Assembly (NCBI RefSeq): GCF_000406145.1
Contig: NZ_CM001976.1
Coordinates: forward strand, 103,186 to 135,185
Direction: 5' to 3'
Origin: Dickeya dadantii NCPPB 898
Lineage (GTDB): Bacteria > Pseudomonadota > Gammaproteobacteria > Enterobacterales > Enterobacteriaceae
Length of the DNA stretch: 32,000 nt
Both the position numbers and the translations under genes were made by a program. The notes below the pieces were generated by a model. It saw only the letters and a program-made list of their open reading frames with translations. It was not told where the DNA came from and searched no databases. This document shows, piece by piece, positions 25,525 to 31,890 of the stretch (position 1 is its first letter; the number at the start of each line of letters is the position of its first letter).

Positions 25525-25728
25525 TTATGACGCCTGCTGGCGGCGTTCGGTGACGCTCTCTCCGCCGATACCCCAGTTGTCGGTTTCCACTTCATCAATG
25601 ATGACCACGGTGGTGGCCGGATTTTTTCCCAGCGTATCCACCAGCAACTGGGTTACGCCGGCAATCAGCTGCTTTTTTTGTTCGGCGGTAGCGCCGTCTT
25701 TGGTGATGCGGATGTTGACGAAAGGCAT
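25525..25728 (-). CDS. 4-oxalocrotonate tautomerase family protein
   Basis: 67 aa starting MPFVNIRI (catalytic Pro1 after Met removal), with the beta-alpha-beta pattern typical of 4-OT monomers. It lies 45 nt downstream of yhjD on the same strand. Confidence 0.78.
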   Translation of the reverse strand: MPFVNIRITKDGATAEQKKQLIAGVTQLLVDTLGKNPATTVVIIDEVETDNWGIGGESVTERRQQAS

Positions 25729-25773
25729 GGTCGCTCCTGTTGATTAGGCCATGTGATTAGGCCATGGAAGTTG

Positions 25774-26760
25774 TCAGGCGCCTGGCAGCGGCGCCTGCGT
25801 ATTGATATCGGTTTTCGGGTCCGCCGTGGCGATCCAGGCGGCGCAGAACAGCGTCAGGCGGGCAAAGAAATAGAAAAACGTCATCAAACCGATGACGGAG
25901 CCAAACGCGGCGCCGGAAGGCGATGTCGCCAGTTCGGGCAGCGCCACCGTCATGGCGAATTTCAGCGCTTCGAAGCCGATGGCCGCCATCAGCGTGCCGC
26001 GCAGCAACGGGCCACGCCGGGGGTTGTGACGCGGCAGTACCCACAGTATCCACAAAAACAGCAGATAGTTGGCGAAGATAGAGATGGACAGCGCGATCAG
26101 CGTCATCACCGGGCGCAGCCAATCAATGCCGTTCAGGCCCAGAGCCCGGACGATCGTCGCCTGCGCGCTACCGGCCACCGAGGTGAGAAACAGCGTAATC
26201 ACCAGCGCCAGCAGCAGCCCGATCAGCGACAGAAAATCCCACAGGTAGCGCAGATAGATTTTCTCTTCCTCGTGCGGCTGGCGTTCCCACACATCGCGCG
26301 ACTGGGCGTGAATCGCCTCCCGCAGGTTGCCTATCCAGTTTACGCCGGAATAGAGCGCGATCAGCAAACCGGTCAACCCGACGGTGGTACGCTGCCGCAC
26401 CGCGGTATTAACGGTATTCTTCAGGGTGCGGGCGAGGCTCGGGTCGCTGATGCTGTTGACGATACGGTTGATGAGGCCGGTCAGCAGGTCGGGGTTGGAG
26501 GCCAGCACAAACCCCGCCGTGGCGAACGATACCATCAGAATCGGAATCAGCGACAGAAACGAAAAGTAGGTGATGGCGGCGCCGAACTGGTTGCCCATCC
26601 GGTCGTTAAAACGGTCGCCTGCGCGGATAAAATGGGCGATAGCGGGCACCGACCTGATGCGGTGCAGCCAGCCGGTTACATACCCGAATCGCTGACGGGA
26701 AGCGCCGGATGGCGTGTCCTGTTTGGTCGATGGGCGTGGCTGGTTGGGCTTCACAGGCAT
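25774..26760 (-). CDS. yhjD: Inner membrane protein YhjD (YihY/virulence-factor BrkB family)
   Basis: 328 aa. Long blocks match my recollection of E. coli YhjD (NDRMGNQFGAAITYFSFLSLIPILMVSFA, YSGVNWIGNLREAIHAQSRDVWER, FFYFFARLTLFCAAWIATA). Confidence 0.9.
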   Translation of the reverse strand: MPVKPNQPRPSTKQDTPSGASRQRFGYVTGWLHRIRSVPAIAHFIRAGDRFNDRMGNQFGAAITYFSFLSLIPILMVSFATAGFVLASNPDLLTGLINRIVNSISDPSLARTLKNTVNTAVRQRTTVGLTGLLIALYSGVNWIGNLREAIHAQSRDVWERQPHEEEKIYLRYLWDFLSLIGLLLALVITLFLTSVAGSAQATIVRALGLNGIDWLRPVMTLIALSISIFANYLLFLWILWVLPRHNPRRGPLLRGTLMAAIGFEALKFAMTVALPELATSPSGAAFGSVIGLMTFFYFFARLTLFCAAWIATADPKTDINTQAPLPGA

Positions 26761-26965
26761 GCAATCTCTCCTGAGCGACGGATCCTGCTGAGTATAACGC
26801 AGGCGCGGCCCTGTTATATAAGCGTAAAGGCACAGAGGCCAAAGTCGGATGGCGGCGCGCGCGAATTGGTGCTGAAAGACGCAAATGTCTTGTTTATACT
26901 CAGAATCTCAACATTGTCCGCCGCGTTCGCCCGTCGACGCGACCCGTAAGCGAGCCGATTCTTCC

Positions 26966-28189
26966 ATGCCAGTTTCCACACCGCCTGTGTCTACGCCGCC
27001 GAAACCCTCTCCCGGCGGCTTACGCCTGAATTTGCGCATCATGTCCGTAGTGATGTTTAACTTTGCCAGCTACCTGAATATCGGGTTGCCGCTGGCGGTG
27101 TTGCCGGGCTATGTGCATGAGCACCTTGGGTTCAGCGCATTCTGGGCCGGTTTGGTGATCAGCTTACAGTATTTTTCTACCCTGCTCAGTCGCCCGCGAG
27201 CCGGTCGCCATGCGGATGAGAAAGGGCCGAAGCAGGTGGTGGTGTTCGGGCTGTCCGGGGTGTTGTTGAGCGGCGTATTTTATGCGCTGGCGGCCTGGAA
27301 TGACGGCTCGCCGGTGCTGGCGCTGGTGCTGCTGTGCGTCGGCCGCCTGGTTCTGGGCATCGGGCAGAGCTTCGCCGGCACCGGCGCAACCCTGTGGGGC
27401 GTCGGCGTGGTCGGGTCGCTGCATATCGGCCGGGTGATTTCGTGGAACGGCGTGGCGACCTACGGCGCGATGGCGATTGGCGCGCCGCTGGGGGTGTGGA
27501 TTTATCATCTGGGCGGATTGCGGTTGTTGGCTATCGTGATCGTGCTGGTGGCCGGCGCGGCGATTCTGCTGGCGTTGCCCCGCCCAGCGGTGACGGTAAC
27601 GCCGGGCAAGAAGCTGCCGTTTCGCGAAGTACTCGGCAAGGTCTGGCTGTACGGCGTGATTTTGTCGCTGGCGTCCGCCGGGTTCGGCGTGATTTCGACG
27701 TTTATCACCCTGTTTTACGCCAGCCGTCAGTGGGACGGCGCCGCGCTGACCCTGAGCCTGTTCAGTTGCGCCTTTGTCGGCACCCGGCTGTTGTTTCCGA
27801 ATGTCATTAACCGTTTCGGCGGCCTGCGGGTCGCGTTGGCCTGCTTTCTGGTGGAAAGCGCCGGTCTGCTGCTGGTGTGGCTGGCGTCGCACCCGTTGAT
27901 GGCGGAAGCAGGCGCATTTTTCGCCGGCGCCGGGTTTTCGCTGGTGTTTCCCGCGTTGGGCGTGGTGGCGGTCAAGGCGGTGTCGGCACAGAATCAGGGC
28001 AGCGCGCTGGCGACTTACACCATCTTTCTTGATTTATCGCTGGGGGTGGTTGGGCCGGCGGCCGGCGTGATGATGGCCTATACCGATATCGATGCCATTT
28101 ATCTGGCGGCGGCGGGGCTGGCGCTGGTCGGATTGTTGCTGACGGTGCGTCTGTATCAGCGCGGAGGGCGCGACGCGAAAGCGGTGTGA
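26966..28189 (+). CDS. yhhS: MFS transporter YhhS
   Basis: I chose the internal start at 26966 (MPVSTPP...), giving 407 aa. GLRLNLRIMSVVMFNFASYLNIGLPLAVLPGYVHEHLGFSAFWAGLVISLQYFSTLLSRP matches my recollection of E. coli YhhS. It has a 12-TMS-like hydrophobicity pattern. Confidence 0.88.
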   Translation: MPVSTPPVSTPPKPSPGGLRLNLRIMSVVMFNFASYLNIGLPLAVLPGYVHEHLGFSAFWAGLVISLQYFSTLLSRPRAGRHADEKGPKQVVVFGLSGVLLSGVFYALAAWNDGSPVLALVLLCVGRLVLGIGQSFAGTGATLWGVGVVGSLHIGRVISWNGVATYGAMAIGAPLGVWIYHLGGLRLLAIVIVLVAGAAILLALPRPAVTVTPGKKLPFREVLGKVWLYGVILSLASAGFGVISTFITLFYASRQWDGAALTLSLFSCAFVGTRLLFPNVINRFGGLRVALACFLVESAGLLLVWLASHPLMAEAGAFFAGAGFSLVFPALGVVAVKAVSAQNQGSALATYTIFLDLSLGVVGPAAGVMMAYTDIDAIYLAAAGLALVGLLLTVRLYQRGGRDAKAV

Positions 28190-28191
28190 GT

Positions 28192-28226
28192 GTCATCCCG
28201 CCGACAGCCGTTGCCGGCGGGATGAC
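28192..28226. terminator. Hairpin between convergent yhhS and dcrB
   Basis: Perfect 12-bp stem GTCATCCCGCCG (28192-28203) / CGGCGGGATGAC (28215-28226). There is no strong T-tract on either side. Confidence 0.45.
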
Positions 28227-28244
28227 GAAGAACCCGTGGCGGGA

Positions 28245-28808
28245 TCAGTTCAGTTTCAGCGTGTTGATGATCTTGCCGGCGTCGGCCTGCGCCTGCTGCA
28301 GGTTATCCGCCGGCAGCGTGATTTGTAGCGTCAGCAGACGACTGTCCGCTTTGGCCAGCACGATGGATGAGAACGCCTTCTGCCCGTTGCTGGTCAGGAC
28401 GCTATCCAACTGCTGAATCTGATGGCCGTTGATCTCGGCGGTTTTGTTGCCCAGTACCTGAAGGTTGGCATCGCGCCCGCGTTGCTGCTGCTCCAGACGC
28501 TGACCCAATGCCGGCAGATCCAGCGGCGTGTCATCACCCACAATCACGATGATGGCTTTCTGGCCGCTCTGATCCGCATAGACGTGCATGTTGTTGTTCT
28601 GATTGCCCAGTTTGCCGCTCTGGTCGCTCAGGCCGTCCGGCAGGGTAAAGGTCAGTTTGCCGGAGAGCAGGGACACGTTCTGCGCTGTGGTTTTCTCCGC
28701 CGCCGGGCTGGCGGCCGGTGCGCTGGTTTTCTTATCGCTGTTGCCGTCGCAGGCGGCCAGCGTGGCGGCCAGCAGACCAATACCGATATATTTCGCTAAA
28801 TTTGGCAT
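28245..28808 (-). CDS. dcrB: Periplasmic lipoprotein DcrB
   Basis: I chose the internal start at 28808 (MPNLAKYIGIGLLAATLAAC, with a lipobox LAAC), giving 187 aa. It is collinear with my recollection of E. coli DcrB (LLSGKLTFTLPDGLSDQSGKLG..NNMHVYAD..GQKAIIVIVGDD...ITLPAD). Confidence 0.9.
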   Translation of the reverse strand: MPNLAKYIGIGLLAATLAACDGNSDKKTSAPAASPAAEKTTAQNVSLLSGKLTFTLPDGLSDQSGKLGNQNNNMHVYADQSGQKAIIVIVGDDTPLDLPALGQRLEQQQRGRDANLQVLGNKTAEINGHQIQQLDSVLTSNGQKAFSSIVLAKADSRLLTLQITLPADNLQQAQADAGKIINTLKLN

Positions 28809-28824
28809 GGGTATCCTTTCTTTA

Positions 28825-28854
28825 ATCACGAACAAAAACATCACGAACAAAAAC
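28825..28854 (-). repeat. Perfect 15-bp tandem duplication in the dcrB leader
   Basis: ATCACGAACAAAAAC at 28825-28839 is repeated exactly at 28840-28854. The proximal copy ends 16 nt upstream of the dcrB ATG, just before the AAGGA ribosome-binding site. Confidence 0.9.
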
Positions 28855-28993
28855 AGAAGTGGCGCTATGGCACCTGATTCGGGACGTAAAAACAAGCGTT
28901 TTGTTATCACGTTCCCTGTCTTGCACCCGAATCAGGCTGGGGAAGGCAATTTTCCGGTTATTCCGAAACCCTTTTATGAGTGAAAACCGCGTA

Positions 28994-29665
28994 TCAGGCG
29001 GTTTGATCCTGATATGGCGCGTTGCTCCCCGGCTGGCTCAGGCGGCGCAGCACCATGTTAAGCAGTACGCCGTACATCGGCAGGAAGAAAATCAGGTTGA
29101 TGGCGATCTTGAAGAAATAATCCACCGTGGCGATTTCCATCCAGTGCGTGGCCATGAACGGATCCGTGCTGCGATAGAAGGCGATGAAGAAGAACGCCAC
29201 CGTATCGCTGAGGTTGCCCAGCACGGCGGAAGCGGCCGGCGCCACCCACCAGGCTTTGAGCCGGCGCAGGCGGTTGAAGACCTGCACGTCGAGAATCTGG
29301 CCCAGCAAATAGGCCATCAGGCTGGCGGCGGCGATACGCGCCACCATCGGGTTCACCTGGCTCAGTGCGCTAAATTCCTGCCATTCGCCCTTATAGAACA
29401 GGGAGGAAACCAGATACGACGCGACCAGCGCCGGCACCATCACCGTCAGAATAATGCGGCGCGCCAGCGGGGCGCCGAAAATCCGCACCGTCAGATCGGA
29501 AGCCAGGAAGATGAACGGGAAAGTAAATGCGCCCCAGGTGGTGTGAAAGCCGAAAAGCGTAATCGGCAGCTGAACCAGGTAGTTGCTGGAGATAATCACC
29601 AGGATGTGAAAGAGAGATAGCCAGCACAGCGCTGTCAGCCGCTGTTGTGCGGAAAACTGAAACAT
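28994..29665 (-). CDS. yhhQ: Queuosine precursor (preQ0/preQ1) transporter YhhQ (COG1738)
   Basis: 223 aa polytopic membrane protein. SNYLVQLPITLFGFHTTWGAFTFPFIFLASDLTVRIFGAPLARRII matches my recollection of E. coli YhhQ. A preQ1-I aptamer lies directly upstream. Confidence 0.92.
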   Translation of the reverse strand: MFQFSAQQRLTALCWLSLFHILVIISSNYLVQLPITLFGFHTTWGAFTFPFIFLASDLTVRIFGAPLARRIILTVMVPALVASYLVSSLFYKGEWQEFSALSQVNPMVARIAAASLMAYLLGQILDVQVFNRLRRLKAWWVAPAASAVLGNLSDTVAFFFIAFYRSTDPFMATHWMEIATVDYFFKIAINLIFFLPMYGVLLNMVLRRLSQPGSNAPYQDQTA

Positions 29666-29672
29666 AATGTGA

Positions 29673-29705
29673 CCTTTTTTTGGTTATTGGGGTTAGGGAA
29701 CCCAG
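29673..29705 (-). promoter_or_regulatory. Class I preQ1 riboswitch (translational, SD-sequestering) in the yhhQ leader
   Basis: The minus-strand RNA is CUGGGUUCCCUAACCCCAAUAACCAAAAAAAGG, followed by UCACAUU and the AUG. P1 is UGGG/CCCA, with a conserved C just 5' of the P1 3' strand. There is an A-rich tail, and the terminal AGG (the Shine-Dalgarno) can pair with loop CCU to form P2. It closely resembles the T. tengcongensis aptamer CUGGGUCGCAGUAACCCCAGUUAACAAAACAAGG as I remember it. Confidence 0.7.
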
Positions 29706-29719
29706 ACAAATTGCCTCGT

Positions 29720-29952
29720 TATACCTGTCATACTTCACGTTGCAGCTGCATTGGCCGCATACTCGTCCCATCCATGAGGCTCACCCCTGTTGGGCCGCAG
29801 CACGCTGCGTTCAACTCTGCTTCCGGCAGAGTCGTCACTCACCCCGGTCACTTACTTATATAAGCTCCCGGAGATTCATTCGGTTGCGTTACAAGGCTCG
29901 CCATTCGCCTTGCCCTTGAAGGGACAACGCAACTCGAATTATTTGGGTTATA
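29720..29952. repeat. ERIC/IRU-family intergenic repeat (MITE-like), enlarged form of ~233 bp
   Basis: 29836-29857 (CACTCACCCCGGTCACTTACTT) matches the reverse complement of the ERIC2 primer at 20/22. The adjacent 29858-29879 (ATATAAGCTCCCGGAGATTCAT) matches ERIC1R at 18/22. The termini TATACCTGTCATACTTCACGTTGCAG (left) and ACGCAACTCGAATTATTTGGGTTATA (right) are imperfect inverted repeats, as in ERIC. A second CTCACCCC copy in the left arm suggests an internal insertion or duplication. Confidence 0.8.
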
Positions 29953-30274
29953 TGCGTCTTTTTAACGCTAACGTGTCGGCATCATACCGCGTTGTTGCGG
30001 CTTTGCAATGGTTAGCCGATGCCCCGATTATGCGTGTTGCTGGTGCCGGTTTAACTGACCGCGATCAAAGCGGAGGAGGGGGCGCATCGTGGTCTGATAC
30101 ACAGTCCGGCGACGCGAAGCGCGGCCAGTCAGGCCACCCCGCAAGGGCGGATTGTTTTACTGGGCCTGCGTTATTCGACGCTGATTGGGGCCGACCAGAC
30201 CGTGCGGCTTGCCCCTCTTTGCGGGAAGGGTAAACTAAGCCGCAATGTGTTCGACAATCGTAATGAGACGCTGA

Positions 30275-30520
30275 ATGACCGATATTTTCGCCAATCCGGA
30301 CCGTACCCTGGATGCTCAGGGACTGCGCTGCCCGGAGCCGGTAATGATGGTGCGCAAGACGGTGCGCCAGATGGACGCCGGGCAAACCCTGCTGATTCTC
30401 GCCGACGATCCGGCGACCACCCGCGATATCCCCGGTTTTTGCCGTTATATGGAGCATGAGCTGCTGGCGCAGATGACCGAGCAATTGCCTTATCGTTACC
30501 TGCTGCGCAAGGGTGCGTAA
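30275..30520 (+). CDS. tusA: Sulfur carrier protein TusA
   Basis: 81 aa. [17 protein letters not shown]...[25 protein letters not shown]...[10 protein letters not shown] is near-identical to my recollection of E. coli TusA, including the active-site Cys in the CPEP motif. Confidence 0.95.
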   Translation: MTDIFANPDRTLDAQGLRCPEPVMMVRKTVRQMDAGQTLLILADDPATTRDIPGFCRYMEHELLAQMTEQLPYRYLLRKGA

Positions 30521-30568
30521 CCAGCGGCTGACGGCCCTCCGGCCAGTGCGGGAGGACGTCGCCGCCAG

Positions 30569-30626
30569 ACGTAAAGCGAACGTACTATATAAAGTGAACG
30601 TACTATACGTAAAGCGAACGTACTAT
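30569..30626 (-). repeat. 20-18-20 nt tandem triplication covering the 3' end and stop codon of yhhN
   Basis: Minus-strand units: ATAGTACGTTCGCTTTACGT (30626-30607), ATAGTACGTTCACTTTAT (30606-30589), ATAGTACGTTCGCTTTACGT (30588-30569). Units 1 and 3 are identical. Unit 1 encodes the last yhhN codons (IVRSLYV), and the TAG stop (30603-30605) lies in unit 2. Confidence 0.9.
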
Positions 30627-31232
30627 CAGGAAGTGGCCGCCAAAATAGCAGATGGCGACCAGCGCCTGATGGGCGCGGAAGTTAACGCGGAAGTGATTCA
30701 CCAGCCAGATGGCGTGACCGGCAAATAACAGCAGCGTACCCAGCAGCAGCGAGAAGTTGGATTCGTTGCCCAGCGCGAAGTAGTGCTCCCCCGCCACCCA
30801 CGCCATGAATGCGGTCACCAGCACCAGCGCCGTGACCGTCAGACGTTCGGCCTCCAGCCGGGACCACAGCAGCGCCAGCAGCAACGCCGACAGAATCAGC
30901 AGCGTCAGCGGCAGCGGCCAGAAAAAACCCAGCGATGGCCGCGAGGCGAAAAAGCTGATGGTATAGAGCAAGTGCGACGCCAGGTAGGTCGACAGCGCGA
31001 ATCGCAGCCTGTCGCCGGAGAGCTGCATCAGCGCGTCGCCGACCAGCGTGGCGGCCAGACCCAGCACCACCAGATAACCGGGAATGCCGAGCATCGGCGT
31101 CTGCCAGACCATCAGCATCATCAACAGTAGGGTGACGGGTTTAAACAGCCAGCGCTGCCAGACCGGGCCACGGTAGCTGGCATCGACATACAGCCAGCCG
31201 GAAAAAAATACGGCAATGAAAGACCAGAGCAT
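30603..31232 (-). CDS. yhhN: YhhN-family (lysoplasmalogenase-like) membrane protein
   Basis: 209 aa. MLWSFIAVFFSGWLYVDASYRGPVWQRWLFKPVTLLL... and the C-terminus CYFGGHFLIVRSLYV match my recollection of E. coli YhhN along the whole length. Confidence 0.9.
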   Translation of the reverse strand: MLWSFIAVFFSGWLYVDASYRGPVWQRWLFKPVTLLLMMLMVWQTPMLGIPGYLVVLGLAATLVGDALMQLSGDRLRFALSTYLASHLLYTISFFASRPSLGFFWPLPLTLLILSALLLALLWSRLEAERLTVTALVLVTAFMAWVAGEHYFALGNESNFSLLLGTLLLFAGHAIWLVNHFRVNFRAHQALVAICYFGGHFLIVRSLYV

Positions 31233-31503
31233 ACAGTGTCCTTAAACGTGGTGAATCGGGCGGAACCCCGCCATGCGGCGCGTCTTTTCTTTCTGACTTA
31301 CCCGGCTATGTTGGTCATTCCAACGGGCACCGCCAGCCTAAGTATAGGCGGATCCCAGGGTCGGGCTGACGCGGATCCGCTCCGGTGGCGTGTCTCCCGC
31401 CCGCACAGGGCTGCGGGTCGTCGTGCTTCATGCTATGTTAGCGGCCAGTTTTTGTGACGGAATAATGATACCCGGCGGTCTGTCGGAGGAGACGAACCTT
31501 TAA

Positions 31504-31830
31504 ATGAGCAATGAACCCGTACTTTACCGCATCCAGTTCATCAATAACGGTAAGAACTATCAGCTGTATGTGCGCGAGCTGGTGCAGAGCAATCTGTTCG
31601 GATTTATTGAAATCGCCGACTTTGTTTTCGACAACCCGTCCACCGTACTGGTTGACCCGACTACGGAAAAACTGAAAACGGAGTTTGCCGGCGTCGACCG
31701 CAGCTATATTCCGCTGCAGGCGGTCATTCGTATTGACGCCGTGACCGGGCGCGAACGTGATAGCGCGCGGATTTCGGAACTGGGCGACAACGTTACCCAT
31801 TTTCCTTCTCTGCCGGGTAAAAAAACCTGA
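31504..31830 (+). CDS. DUF1820-family small cytoplasmic protein
   Basis: 108 aa with GGAGGAG upstream. The pattern YRIQF.N.GK.YQLYVREL..S.LFGFIEI.DFVF......LVDPT.EKLK.EFAGV.RSYIP.QAVIRID matches what I remember of DUF1820 proteins from Pseudomonas and Xanthomonas. This was not verified. Confidence 0.65.
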   Translation: MSNEPVLYRIQFINNGKNYQLYVRELVQSNLFGFIEIADFVFDNPSTVLVDPTTEKLKTEFAGVDRSYIPLQAVIRIDAVTGRERDSARISELGDNVTHFPSLPGKKT

Positions 31831-31837
31831 CCGGCCT

Positions 31838-31870
31838 GGCGGCGCTTTGCGGTATCGCGCCGCCGTTTTC
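31838..31870. terminator. Terminator after the DUF1820 gene (between convergent genes)
   Basis: Perfect 8-bp GC stem GGCGGCGC (31838-31845) / GCGCCGCC (31857-31864), followed by GTTTTCCC. Confidence 0.6.
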
Positions 31871-31890
31871 CCTGATTGCGAGCCTGCCGG

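Noticed and set aside
26966-27001. PVSTP-PVSTP repeat at the YhhS N-terminus as a possible recent micro-duplication.
   Set aside because: The two copies differ at most synonymous positions (gtt/gtg, tcc/tct, aca/acg), so this is not a recent slippage event. It is probably just a low-complexity N-terminal tail.
29790-30484. ORFs 29790-30233 (+, 147 codons), 29680-29919 (+, 79 codons) and 30065-30484 (-, 139 codons) in the yhhQ-tusA spacer.
   Set aside because: The plus-strand ORFs run through the ERIC repeat, and the minus-strand one overlaps tusA antisense. None has a ribosome-binding site, and the products are Gly/Arg/Ala-rich without any recognisable fold.
30521-30568. Possible tusA terminator hairpin (GACGGCCCTCC...GGAGGACGTC).
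   Set aside because: The stem is interrupted by mismatches or bulges and is not followed by a T-tract, so it is too weak to call.
31236-31457. 73-codon plus-strand ORF in the yhhN/DUF1820 spacer.
   Set aside because: It has no ribosome-binding site and an Arg/Ala/Gly-rich product, and it overlaps the hairpin-rich spacer. It is more plausibly non-coding.
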